From: a virus
Taxonomy: Duplodnaviria > Caudoviricetes
DNA: 59,245 bases
Virus record (IMG/VR): IMGVR_UViG_3300021093_000083
Span: 1-59,245 of that record
Direction: 5' to 3' (one strand)
Below the pieces are notes generated by a model, which did not search any database, was not told the origin of the DNA, and saw only the letters and a list, made by a program, of their open reading frames with translations. Made by a program: the position numbers and the translations under genes. This document shows positions 46,501 through 53,247 of this stretch, piece by piece. Within the stretch, counting starts at the first letter, position 1, and the number at the start of each line of letters is the position of its first letter.

Positions 46501-46515
46501 GCTATGGCAGGATAA
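34501..46515 (+). CDS. 4004-aa DUF4815 / VrlC-like virion structural protein
   Basis: PYNDDF..KNFHKVLFRPGYPVQARELTTLQSILQNQIE; APGAHRF; YDYYLSRID; RLSRVEYYTSLSLLE; RFKNGFVVDDF; DPIAESF; LFKSQNASTW..Q.EDMKF.LYRAKF; follows gp8. Confidence 0.85.
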   Translation: MSQNTNLNVAPYNDDFSKDKNFHKVLFRPGYPVQARELTTLQSILQNQIENIGQHFFKDGGMIIPGQLSYDLQCHAILVQSTFLGAAVESYRNQLDEIELYGIKSGVSAKVQFSISAKESTKKFITLYVKYIASGQDNVTRRFDDNEELYANVDITIGGRLVEAGSPILKLIPKKSRYVGSCAYINSGVYFIRGFFVDVAIQRVLLDQYSNEPSYKIGFDISESIITPEDDESLNDNAFGSSNYNAPGAHRFRLRCTLTKRLLDDPGDKNFLELLRLEEGRVLRLNKREPFSELERSIARRTYDTHGDYMTKPFGIMVKESLNDGLNNGVFEEGDTTAQGNAPGDDLYTVEISPGRAYVQGYEISTDAPTYLDLQKSREVEKLTNQILPFEQGDYFLVKNLRGLPFISNSGVLANHYQTIEFYDSFYEDTFAEGRNMVGMARCIGIDRLGNNQFKLYVGDVQLFTLIKLQTAIDTNNELRPLLRQGDEITGDSSKAKGILAYDPDENILRVYQVAGQFIKGERLRRDGSLIAFRDDAENYKRSQNVTVQGVYNYDFSDVKRLNGTYISADQQLVEEFYCDTFLSDSFAVPSDKIQFVKEQEVVTPRTITVNCVQAEVVTTKSPAARVTLQRETVLLASQDSKRYKPNSFVRNTQNYSVTKTITPSTGNVTKSCDFVAGSSTLAVVSGGLTGIEVGNKVTGNGISNGTFVIATSTVGGVNVVDLNQAVFSSGNNVSVTFRESKCTVNSATSLAVGQRLIGSGIPNNTFIRSISGTTVFLTDAPTSNASVTATFIVATKFAKIIQKKTERVNIAILEDENNTNKKGKKVKKPVFRFFTKLVLEYCNHLGQTLSVPESGSFNVSDILFNVPAMSNNITRNGSLTNKNFMIVKGPYGANQRIRADFDYQFFTENKTSDDISTRRDTIRLFAHGLRTGDILEYQFLSGKYVGTRASTNNGHNFLQSGTQYYVIKVDNNLIRLATNLTNANAKRAIDITEQTYQGSGASYHAFKKVNSPSFKTNVISHASFNMDDQVFGPDFRGEIVGRPNDTVKKIKVFNGVLRPGQTIKTIRDHDRVFLAAQLLSSAGSSTSSTTIKVTSVEDLFENDVTSISPTSPELIRIAKEQLKVTGADWSVLTTQSPGSSRTLNPWVQGEPVELNLANGTDKVEVSRLFYNPGYFNSVVTLTGGVYLPRTVFSRSAEASVPLLFKNFEAETYTSTTSGSSKKFQFVEILGESKVTQISDTAIARYASELKYFGGNTNLTKTGYGTQGKYTIEVNNPSGILYGMLVTDNTGAVPANTFVETVVGNTVTISNPLLITMGSSSSQIDLTFSSYFQKIIAKKVGFSTTGLTGNVGFTTPGTRINSISGLPLGSGNTESWARGETVVLRKVNTDSQGNKQAIFIFARIEDEAGDYDDYVGSTFLVLEDFYRPEGEFRYAKSAKQATFASGDTVISLTGVSDLDTGDYVIGSGIPSNTSIISIDTTANTITLSAATTSAQNGTILRFEDTHNNGYDYVDNAYNTARDLTFRSSYKLPPTAGQENVTDASWEIFRPIDADCFRLANTTSGGTPLGHINAVSVQYNNVEENKNNLTAFRAVNLTKKVTHRGPGTIPGQHNGQFVGTEIRRMDATAKVVTVTIDDNSLPPETEVEAVIEGQRITGEVTATGNRNGRCFVTFTGNKEFEVSDDDNNNLFNLKVKRGGTVIKEIPDCASYESSEVVVGTRTQFLKDLRPGDYIFKGNQAIQVKRLVASAANQGIITEIDIVEDGDGYDPRRWKNIADYRLGKCGQNGMPVNISLLQTDPGMGGSTNDTFGFFGGGTSKKKQGNAILIVGSDGKLNEIRITDKGEGYTCPPTLKVPPPRETDGIQAVALAYAKEDALKNTVEGNFRFIVEPNLTDKLGKERQSIAPRLPFGTYTKIFRFRPKFFGRENGDLFTELARSPIRNTYDETFSIRKTYDSAVEESEEFPGRKKVTLTAPTGSQFETFTTDNYMAVLVDKIGVSNEYPLLNLITSSEIDNRSPIITFTSDRTKLTVDRIPPGIGGNKTITVFYTSGSSDVFSDSFYLNDANSRSAYTDIDEDIFPGMIVTAEGGESVLNSGTTIKKVSSVTVSLYELEITGGTVKADGNLKFTPGQEYTLDGENSDGSCKVIALTNKVSGTSYIIVELVRDSSKPTTSMSLIDNSGTAQNITSVSEVEGQRFKITLNNLAKQTVNQKINATPNNVTDIRVQTTIALNNASKKLKTSEKMRCLIVNNTFKTQKEANKFGLVVNETSSFFGTRVEDDVISLGVPDACKLHAVYESRDNNPPIPPYVILVDSRDYEVGSLIKGKSSLAQGRVIEVSGNKVSFVYLTDNKFSYGEIITGISSVDGLKTDGKISTTKNPVSVWNGSKDITSNYVLDNGQKGQFYDIARIVRKPGQVVPSRQIMVIFDHFQISGAGEFTTSNSYLDVKYQDIQNFQNIKLRDVIDFRPYVSRATTNPGTLSLPYNVDKKSLDFRNRDFTTGSSIVMDIPKVGTNFRCSYDYYLSRIDRLFLDPNGQFIIKKGKSSQFPLSPDVVDNAMFLATIQLDPYGFNVLDDVETVVEEHRRFTFKDIGAIEKRLSRVEYYTSLSLLEIATKDMKVVDADGFDRFKNGFVVDDFTSHDVSDLNHPDYNCSLDFVRQEMRASHYTTNVALAFNANSSTHFKQDGDIITLPYQNVIYCQQEFASRLENVNPFAVIGWVGVVVLNPESDDWVDIKRAPNKITKREGNFSSVSKALKVNRRGFAPLQWGAWETQWTGTSTTTKIERETSFRNFRPGRGRPINEIKTIATTATQGRTGIRTRVVPKVDTVNLGDKVLSTTSIPFMRSRNITFIGTKLKPRQRIYIFFDGKDVTNQCTPKIIEVIKSANENKKSNNVPFIIGEDVVGRISGCKFKVVAPNSAFPDNPYIGLTSGSDFTKLPGSYSGNLGFLNIDVDSAAKKALGNYKGNIIVGEQLVGQRSRSTAVVRDRRFITDPNGMVRGTFFIPNPNKKGNLQFATGTRTFRLTSSSTNSLVPSDVETSAQANFSATGIVERRQRQILQIRNARVVRDTVTDRRTVITSTRTEKRQIGWYDPIAESFVVSLEGGMFITKVDVYFFSKDDKIPVSMQLRTMENGYPTTTILPQSEVILNPNQVKLSADASVPTTFEFENPIYLNENQEYCFVLLSTATTYRCHISRMGDLDYQGRGITAQPYNGVLFKSQNASTWTADQYEDMKFQLYRAKFDISQTGEVVFNNAPLTIFNEGVENLVPDPIQTFDQRKEMELFGGSVGQNPNNYTIGANVVEFIMSNDGQTLLSTGAKGTVHSYDNGIVDNEDLSPTSGKRKLTISDLTGNFQVGVLAGKVTRRITSSKGKCTIKLDASFTSTIFTVGSLIFGKTSKSLGILERTYIESGFQYLILKNVWHSGSQPYTQGELIEVRTDIINVGSNFEASIVNVTNYVGYPTPNGDFDTESSFGDSRTLYVISQPIYDPELKRIRVYHSNHAMHGSNNTVVLSGVISEVSPTQLTEDIIVTAGKDSQGNNISFDIKVSDARTFHKFVNGIPISSSNPGFIKIDDEILAYQSISDDGRTITIKSGGRGIQGTPTGEHDVEDDVLCYNFDGVPLTDINKTHTEIANPAIDYYEIKINGVAFDGIKGGGENVFSTQNVQFDALTPQVQYISVPGTSIEATLNTISASSISSPTQTSFVNTGDYLNVIINETNYFDNPRMIASKINELTKLGGAPSLNLKMTLSSQLDNLSPQIDLDRSSLICTQSIINTPREINAVTGLYQVGTGLYEDFAETQPTGDKNEAVYISKLTKLESPSQVLKVMLNAWRKPGTRIKCLYKVIPVGSKLEATAVGWSYFNAGRGAQADVDVDGDRVGRINVTNTGENYNSRVSITFFGGLSNSSTSRHAKAEAVVNDGKITSIRVTDPGRGYIATPSIYISPDPTEGGKPDKDIPDDDYENFREYEYTAEGLNFDRFQVKIIMQSDNQAAVPLIKEFRSIAMAG

Positions 46516-46516
46516 T

Positions 46517-46744
46517 ATGGATAAAGTACCAGTAAAGGATGAGACTGGATTGTGTAGAGATCCGTACTCTAAAGCTATTATAAATACAAACGAACAAGCA
46601 TATGAGGATTATATGTCCTCATACGTTAAAAGAAAAGAGAATAGAAGACGAGTTGAACAACTTCAAGATGATGTTGATTCTTTGAAGTCTGATATTTCTG
46701 ATATTAAAAATCTGTTAACAAAATTTTTGGAGAACAAATCATGA
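46517..46744 (+). CDS. Small hypothetical protein with C-terminal coiled coil
   Basis: MDKVPVKDETGLCRDPYSKAIINTN...LKSDISDIKNLL; ATG at 46517 rather than the track's 46499 start. Confidence 0.8.
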   Translation: MDKVPVKDETGLCRDPYSKAIINTNEQAYEDYMSSYVKRKENRRRVEQLQDDVDSLKSDISDIKNLLTKFLENKS

Positions 46745-46962
46745 CGGTTGAAAAATCTTCCCCCGAAGAACTTCTATCTCAATTTAGAGAAAGGTATTCT
46801 GCAATTCTTGCAGAAAGTGAACAAATGAAAAAGAAGCTTCAAGAAAATGAAGCTGTCGCTCTCAAACTTCTAGGAGCAATTGAAACACTAAGTTATCTAA
46901 ATGATGAACCAGTTGCAGAAGAAACTACTGAAGAAACCGTAGAAGAAACTACAGAAGAATAA
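46741..46962 (+). CDS. 73-aa acidic coiled-coil hypothetical protein
   Basis: ORF track; GGAG SD; ATGA overlap; EETTEE-type repeats at the C-terminus. Confidence 0.8.
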   Translation: MTVEKSSPEELLSQFRERYSAILAESEQMKKKLQENEAVALKLLGAIETLSYLNDEPVAEETTEETVEETTEE

Positions 46963-46964
46963 TT

Positions 46965-46972
46965 TATAAATA
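46965..46972 (+). promoter_or_regulatory. T4 late promoter consensus
   Basis: Exact TATAAATA in the intergenic gap. Confidence 0.6.
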
Positions 46973-46985
46973 GATAATTCTCAAA

Positions 46986-47011
46986 TGGGGGCAAAATGCC
47001 CCTATTTTTTT
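46986..47011 (+). terminator. Rho-independent terminator
   Basis: TGGGGGCA-AAA-TGCCCCTA stem (one G-U pair) followed by T7. Confidence 0.85.
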
Positions 47012-47013
47012 GC

Positions 47014-47020
47014 ATAAATA
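47014..47020 (+). promoter_or_regulatory. T4-type late promoter for the fibre/neck operon
   Basis: CATAAATA immediately after the terminator, 37 nt before ATG 47058. Confidence 0.7.
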
Positions 47021-47057
47021 GAGAAGAAAGAGACCTTATAACTAGAGTTATCTAATA

Positions 47058-50000
47058 ATGGCTAATAGGATTCAATTACGAAGGGGTACATCTACTGAAT
47101 GGATTCAATTTAATCCAGTTTTAGCAGAAGCTGAATTTGGTGTTGAAATTGATACAGGAAGATTTAAGATTGGAGATGGCGCAACTCCATGGCAAACCTT
47201 AAAATACGAAAGACCTCTAGAAAGCACAGACGCAACTCCAAATACATTAATCCTAAGAGATAGTAACTCTAGTGTTAAGGTAAAAAATATCACACTATCT
47301 TTAGGTGGTAAATTATTTGGTACTGCAGTTACAGCAGATAAGTTTACTACTGCTAGACTTATTGGTGCTGCATCCAGTTCTGACTTAACTGGATCTGCAT
47401 CTTTTGATGGAAGTTCCAACGTAGATATTAATTTTCAATTAAAGACAATTTTTACTGGAGACACTGGACTTTCATATACTAAATTCAACGTTGATAATAA
47501 GGGAAGAATAACTTCTGCACAGAATCCAACAACTTTATCTGGATATGGCATTATTGATGCACAACCTTTAAATGGAATTTTAACTTCTGTTTCTGGTATT
47601 GGTACTGGACTAGGATTTTTAACTAAAGTAGAAACTAGTACATCAAACACTTCAAACACTATAGTAAGAAGTTTAGAAGTTTCAAGTGGACAACTTACAC
47701 TAACAAATGCTTCTGGTATTGCTGGCAATCCCATATTTGGATTAGCGAATACTACTGTAACATCTGGTTCATATAACACTGAAAGTTTAACTTCTGTAGC
47801 TGGAAGTGCAACAGTAAATACAGTCAAGTTTACTGTTGATCAATTTGGAAGATTTACATCAGCAACGACAATTCCTATTGCAACTGCATCAGAAACACAA
47901 AAAGGTCTTGCTTCTTTCAATTCTGAAGATTTCGATGTTTCTACATCAGGTTTAGTTACTATTGCTTCTCAAGGTGTAGATAATGATCAGTTACAAAATC
48001 CAAAAATTATTATAGGTACAACTGACTATGTTCTTGGTACAACTTCTACTGGTTTCACTACTATTAGTGACCTTACAGTTGATACTGACACTTTACATGT
48101 AGATAAAATAAACCATAGACTTGGTATTGGTACTACTGCGCCAGGTAATTTTAAAGTTGATATTTCAGGCACTGGTAGAATCAGTGGTGTATTATCATCA
48201 ACTCAAGCTGGTCAAAGGCCAATCTTCTCTTCATTTGGTGTTACAAGCACTTCTGAATCTGGATCTGCGCCGTTCTCGGTCGTTAGTACTAGAAAGGTAA
48301 CAAACTTAAACGTTGACTTCCTTGATGATCTAACATCTTTAGATTTTCTAAGAAGAACAGATGATTTTAATAATGCAAACAACGAAGGTAATCAATATAT
48401 TGCAACTAACTTCTGGATTGATGCAACTAATGTAACTGTTCAAGATCCTATTATAGACATTGGTGGCGGTGCAAAAGGAGTTGCTTTAACCACAAATGAT
48501 AACAAGGATAGAGGTTTAACTTTTCAATATTATAGTAGTGGATCATCTAGAAGAGCCTTCATTGGATGGGATAATTCCAGTGGAGGTTTTGCTTTAGCTA
48601 GAGATGTCACTGTAACTGGAGAAATAGTACAGGGTGCATCCACATATGCAGAATTGAACCTTGGTGCAGCAACACTCAGAAATGGATCTTTAACCATTAA
48701 GACTGGTGGAACAAACGCAGGAACTTTGGCGGCTAGTGCGGAAATAACTACATTTACTGTAGAACATGGAACAGGAAATACTTCTATTTCTGGAACTCTA
48801 GGTGTTACTGGAAACGTAAACATCAACACTAACAAATTTAATATTGTTGCTTCTTCAGGTAATACTTCTATTGCTGGAACGTTAATAGTAACAGACAACG
48901 TAACTCTAAACAAAAATGTAACTGTTGTCGGTTCGGATACTGCTGCAACAGAATTTTTTAAAATTCAAAATGGATCTGCAGTTGATAAATTTGTTGTAGA
49001 TTCTTCTTCAGGTAATACTTCTATTTCTGGTACTCTAGGTGTAACTGGAAATGTTTCAGTCAATACAAATAAATTCAATATTATTGCTTCCTCAGGTAAT
49101 ACTTCTACCGCAGGTACTTTAGGTGTTACTGGTGCAACTACTTTATCATCAACTCTTGGTGTTGCTGGAGATGTTTCGGTCAATACAAATAAATTCAATA
49201 TTGTTGCTTCTTCAGGTAATACTTCAATTGCAGGAACTCTTGGTGTAACTGACGCAACTACTTTATCATCAACTCTCGGTGTTACTGGAAACACAACTTT
49301 AACTGGATCATTAACTTCTAATGGAAATGTAACTCTAGGAGATGCATCTACGGATACTCTTACAGTTAATGCAACTTCTACTTTTAATGCTCCTGTAACT
49401 CTTGCATCAAGTCAAAATCTAACAGTAGGTGGAAATCTAACTGTAACTGGAGATGTTACTATTAATGGAACTACAACTACTGTAAATTCTACTACAATTA
49501 CTGTAGATGATAAAAATATTGAATTGGGATCAATTGCATCTCCAACAGATATTACAGCTGATGGTGGAGGAATTACACTCAAGGGATTAACTGATAAGAC
49601 AATTAATTGGGTAAATTCAACACAAGCATGGACTTTATCAGAGAATCTTAATCTTGCAAGTGGAAAAGAATATAGAATCAATGGAACTGCGGTAATTGAC
49701 TCTAATAGAAATATTTTGAATATTGTCAATCATACAATGAGTGGCAATATTACAGTAAACACAAATAAATTTACTGTAAATGGATCTTCTGGTAATACTT
49801 CTATTGCCGGAACTCTAGATGTAACTAGCAATGTATTCATAAACACCGATAAGTTTATGGTTACTGCAGGTTCAGGTAATACTTCTATTGCAGGAACTCT
49901 TAGTGTCACTAATTTAGCAACGTTTAGTAGTGGGGTAACAATTGCAGGATCTACTACTGCTGCAACAGAGCAATTTAGAATTACTGATGGTGCTGCTACT

Positions 50001-53000
50001 CCATCAACCAAGTTTTTAGTAGATTCATCATCAGGTAATACTACGATTGAAGGTACTTTGGGTGTTACTGGAAACGTAAATATTAATACTAACAAATTCC
50101 AGATTGTTGCATCTTCTGGCAATACTTCTATCCTAGGTACTCTATCTGTAACAGACAATGTAACTCTAAACAAAAATGTAACTATTGTAGGATCAGATAC
50201 TGCTGCGACTGAATTCTTTAAGATCCAAACTGGATCCGCAGTTGATAAGTTTGTTGTAGATTCTTTCTCTGGTAATACAACAATTTCTGGTACTCTAGGT
50301 GTAACTGGAAACTCAACATTAAGTGGTACATTAGGAGTAACTGCAGCAACAACTTTATCTTCAACTTTAGTTGTAACTGATAACTCAACATTTAATAAGA
50401 ATGTAACAATCGTTGGATCTGATAGTGCTTCTGCTGAATTCTTTAAGATTCAAAATGGATCTGCAGTTGATAAGTTTGTTGTAGATTCTTCTTCAGGTAA
50501 TACAACTATCGCGGGCACTTTAGGTGTTACTGGAAACGTAAATATCAACACTAACAAGTTTAATATAGTCGCTTCTTCAGGTAATACTTCTATTGCAGGA
50601 ACTCTTGGAGTTACTGGGGATCTTGCAATCGCTACAAACAAGTTTAATGTTGCAGCTGCAACTGGTAATACTTCCATTGCAGGCACTTTAGGTGTTACTA
50701 ATCTAGCAACATTTAACAATGGAGTCGTTGTTGCAGGATCTTCATCTTCTGCAACGGAATACTTCAGAGTTACCGATGGAACTTCTACTAAATTTGAAAT
50801 TGATAGTGCAACTGGCAACACAATTATTTCTGGAACTCTTGGTGTTACTGGTGCAACAACTCTATCATCAACTCTTGGAGTTACAAGTAATTTTGCAGTT
50901 AACACTAATAAATTTACTGTTAATGCAACAACAGGTGATACTTTAGTTGCTGGCACATTAGGAGTAACTGGTGTCACCACACTTTCTAGCACATTAGGAG
51001 TTACTAGTAATACTTCTATTGGCGGAACTCTTAGTGTTACTAATTTAGCAACGTTTAATAATGGTGTAACGATTGCTGGTAGTACTCAATCAGGAGCAGA
51101 ATTCTTTAGAATTACTGATGGTGCATCAACTCCTGTAACTAAATTCGTGGTTGATTCTACAACAGGTAATACTTTAGTTGCTGGCACATTAGGAGTAACT
51201 GGTGCAACAACTCTATCATCAACTCTTGGTGTCACTGGTGCAACTACACTGACTGGTCTTTTAAATGCTAATGGTGGTATTGCAGTTGATACAAGCGCAT
51301 TTACAGTTGCTGGAGATGGAACTGGTAATACTGCAATTGCAGGAACTCTTGCAGTAACTGGTAACACAACTCTTACAGGAGACCTTGCAGTTAATGGTGC
51401 AGACATTACTACAACTGCAACTGGAACAGCCACACTCTTTAATACTAATGCAACAACATTGAATATTGGTGGTGTAGCAACAACTGTTTCTATTGGTGCT
51501 CCGACTGGAACAACCACAATCAATAATGCAAACACAACTATTACTGGAGACCTTGCAGTTAATGGTGGAGATGTTACTTCAAGTTCAACTACATTTAACT
51601 TACTGAACTCAACAGTAACTACTTTAAACATAGGTGGTGCAGCTGGAACTATTGTTATTGGATCTGGTACATCAACTGCAACTTTCAATAATAACCTTAC
51701 TGTTAGTGGCAACTTAACCGTAAACGGCACAACAACTACTATCAATTCAACAACTCTTAATGTTGACGACAAGAATATTGAGTTAGGTGCTGTTACAACA
51801 CCAACTGATACTACAGCCGATGGCGGTGGTATCACATTGCTTGGTACAACTAATAAGACTTTCAACTGGATAAATGCTACTGCATCTTGGACATCATCTG
51901 AAAACCTAGAACTTGCATCTGGTAAGGTATTTAGAATTAATGGAGCTTCTGTTTTAAGTGCAACTACTCTTGGATCAGGTGTAACTGCATCTTCACTAAC
52001 TTCCGTTGGAACTCTTACTGGATTAACAGTAAGTGGAAACACTGCTATTAATAATATTACAGTTGCAAGCGGAACTTCAACTATTGCAACTACATCTACT
52101 AATGATCTGACATTAACTCCTGGAGGTAAGACTGTAACAAGTAAGAATTTTGATGTTAATGCAACCTTAACAGTAGTTGGTCAACTCAATGCTGATAACT
52201 TGAGACTTGATGGTAACGTACTGAGTTCAACTAATACTAACGGAAATATTACATTAACTCCAAATGGCGCTGGTATAGTAGAAACTCTTGCTGATGTGAA
52301 CTTTGGTTCAATCGGAGATTTATCAACTCTTACTGTTATTGGACAATTCAATGCTGATAATATTAGAGTTGATGGTAATATAATCAGTTCTACCAATGCA
52401 AATGGAAATATTACATTAACTCCAAATGGAACTGGCGTGGTTGAAACCACAAATAATGTTAACTTTGGTACTTTAGGTGACCAGTCAACCCTAACTGTAA
52501 TTGGACAACTTAATGCTGATAACTTAAGAGTTGATGGCAATACCATTAGTTCCACTAATACTAATGGATCAATAACAGTAACTTCAAATGGAACTGGAAC
52601 TGTTGTTCTTGGTAATGTAACTGGTGGTACTGCAATTACATATGATAGTACGGTTGCATATAATGATGCAGCATCACCTTCAAATGCACCTATAATTATT
52701 CATAAGGATGTTGCAGCAAGAGGAAAATTTGTAATTGATGGTGATGTATTAGTTAAAGGTGCTTTTGTTCAAAGTGGAGGCGGTATAACTGACGCAGGAA
52801 CAACTGCAACTGTTATTGAATTTAATGGTGGTGCTGCAATTAATGGTAGAGAAACTGTAGTAACTAGCACTGGAATTGGAAATAGTTATAATCTTGATGC
52901 AACAAGAGCATCTGAAGGTGGTACTTACAACCCATCATTCGGAGTTAAGTATACAGTTGTAGCACAAAGAAACTCTGATAACAAGAGAATGATGTTTGAG

Positions 53001-53219
53001 ATGATGTCGTATTGGGATGGCACAGTCGAATATTATACAAGTTCTGGTGAAATACACTCAACAATGTATGCATTAATGGATCCATACAATCTTGGTTATA
53101 CTTTTGATACTGTATGGGTAAATACAGGAATTTATGGTATGAGAGCTACATTACGAATTAGTAATGTTCCTAACGGAGAAGTAGTTACCGTTAGAATCGC
53201 TAAACTTATGTTAATCTAA
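47058..53219 (+). CDS. 2053-aa tail/neck fibre-like protein with Mtd_N/hyaluronidase-type N-terminal domain
   Basis: RIQLRRGT..EW...NPVLAEAEFGVEIDTGRFKIGDGATPW; VDNKGRITSA / VDQFGRFTSA fibre motifs; many NTNKFNIVASSGNTSIAGTLGVTG repeats. Confidence 0.85.
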   Translation: MANRIQLRRGTSTEWIQFNPVLAEAEFGVEIDTGRFKIGDGATPWQTLKYERPLESTDATPNTLILRDSNSSVKVKNITLSLGGKLFGTAVTADKFTTARLIGAASSSDLTGSASFDGSSNVDINFQLKTIFTGDTGLSYTKFNVDNKGRITSAQNPTTLSGYGIIDAQPLNGILTSVSGIGTGLGFLTKVETSTSNTSNTIVRSLEVSSGQLTLTNASGIAGNPIFGLANTTVTSGSYNTESLTSVAGSATVNTVKFTVDQFGRFTSATTIPIATASETQKGLASFNSEDFDVSTSGLVTIASQGVDNDQLQNPKIIIGTTDYVLGTTSTGFTTISDLTVDTDTLHVDKINHRLGIGTTAPGNFKVDISGTGRISGVLSSTQAGQRPIFSSFGVTSTSESGSAPFSVVSTRKVTNLNVDFLDDLTSLDFLRRTDDFNNANNEGNQYIATNFWIDATNVTVQDPIIDIGGGAKGVALTTNDNKDRGLTFQYYSSGSSRRAFIGWDNSSGGFALARDVTVTGEIVQGASTYAELNLGAATLRNGSLTIKTGGTNAGTLAASAEITTFTVEHGTGNTSISGTLGVTGNVNINTNKFNIVASSGNTSIAGTLIVTDNVTLNKNVTVVGSDTAATEFFKIQNGSAVDKFVVDSSSGNTSISGTLGVTGNVSVNTNKFNIIASSGNTSTAGTLGVTGATTLSSTLGVAGDVSVNTNKFNIVASSGNTSIAGTLGVTDATTLSSTLGVTGNTTLTGSLTSNGNVTLGDASTDTLTVNATSTFNAPVTLASSQNLTVGGNLTVTGDVTINGTTTTVNSTTITVDDKNIELGSIASPTDITADGGGITLKGLTDKTINWVNSTQAWTLSENLNLASGKEYRINGTAVIDSNRNILNIVNHTMSGNITVNTNKFTVNGSSGNTSIAGTLDVTSNVFINTDKFMVTAGSGNTSIAGTLSVTNLATFSSGVTIAGSTTAATEQFRITDGAATPSTKFLVDSSSGNTTIEGTLGVTGNVNINTNKFQIVASSGNTSILGTLSVTDNVTLNKNVTIVGSDTAATEFFKIQTGSAVDKFVVDSFSGNTTISGTLGVTGNSTLSGTLGVTAATTLSSTLVVTDNSTFNKNVTIVGSDSASAEFFKIQNGSAVDKFVVDSSSGNTTIAGTLGVTGNVNINTNKFNIVASSGNTSIAGTLGVTGDLAIATNKFNVAAATGNTSIAGTLGVTNLATFNNGVVVAGSSSSATEYFRVTDGTSTKFEIDSATGNTIISGTLGVTGATTLSSTLGVTSNFAVNTNKFTVNATTGDTLVAGTLGVTGVTTLSSTLGVTSNTSIGGTLSVTNLATFNNGVTIAGSTQSGAEFFRITDGASTPVTKFVVDSTTGNTLVAGTLGVTGATTLSSTLGVTGATTLTGLLNANGGIAVDTSAFTVAGDGTGNTAIAGTLAVTGNTTLTGDLAVNGADITTTATGTATLFNTNATTLNIGGVATTVSIGAPTGTTTINNANTTITGDLAVNGGDVTSSSTTFNLLNSTVTTLNIGGAAGTIVIGSGTSTATFNNNLTVSGNLTVNGTTTTINSTTLNVDDKNIELGAVTTPTDTTADGGGITLLGTTNKTFNWINATASWTSSENLELASGKVFRINGASVLSATTLGSGVTASSLTSVGTLTGLTVSGNTAINNITVASGTSTIATTSTNDLTLTPGGKTVTSKNFDVNATLTVVGQLNADNLRLDGNVLSSTNTNGNITLTPNGAGIVETLADVNFGSIGDLSTLTVIGQFNADNIRVDGNIISSTNANGNITLTPNGTGVVETTNNVNFGTLGDQSTLTVIGQLNADNLRVDGNTISSTNTNGSITVTSNGTGTVVLGNVTGGTAITYDSTVAYNDAASPSNAPIIIHKDVAARGKFVIDGDVLVKGAFVQSGGGITDAGTTATVIEFNGGAAINGRETVVTSTGIGNSYNLDATRASEGGTYNPSFGVKYTVVAQRNSDNKRMMFEMMSYWDGTVEYYTSSGEIHSTMYALMDPYNLGYTFDTVWVNTGIYGMRATLRISNVPNGEVVTVRIAKLMLI
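48770..51400 (+). repeat. Mosaic of short coding repeats (GNTSIAGTLGVTG / NTNKF / TTLSSTLGV / EFFKIQNGSAVDKFVVD)
   Basis: Near-identical nucleotide copies, e.g. the NKNVT..GSD..EFFKIQ.GSAVDKFVVDS unit at ~48891, ~50151 and ~50376. Confidence 0.9.
52165..52605 (+). repeat. Three tandem 162-nt (54-aa) repeats
   Basis: GQ(L/F)NADN(L/I)R(L/V)DGN.ISSTN.NG.IT units with Gly codons at 52179, 52341 and 52503. Confidence 0.9.
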
Positions 53220-53247
53220 AAAACTTAAAGGGGGATAGGGAACTCTT

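Noticed and set aside
9223-46515. Inteins, introns or homing endonucleases explaining the giant ORFs
   Set aside because: No intein splice motifs or LAGLIDADG/HNH/GIY-YIG motifs noticed; the extra length is structural repeats.
47058-47220. Mtd_N-like domain suggesting a diversity-generating retroelement
   Set aside because: No reverse transcriptase, no C-type-lectin variable region, and no repeat pair differing only at adenines seen in the window.
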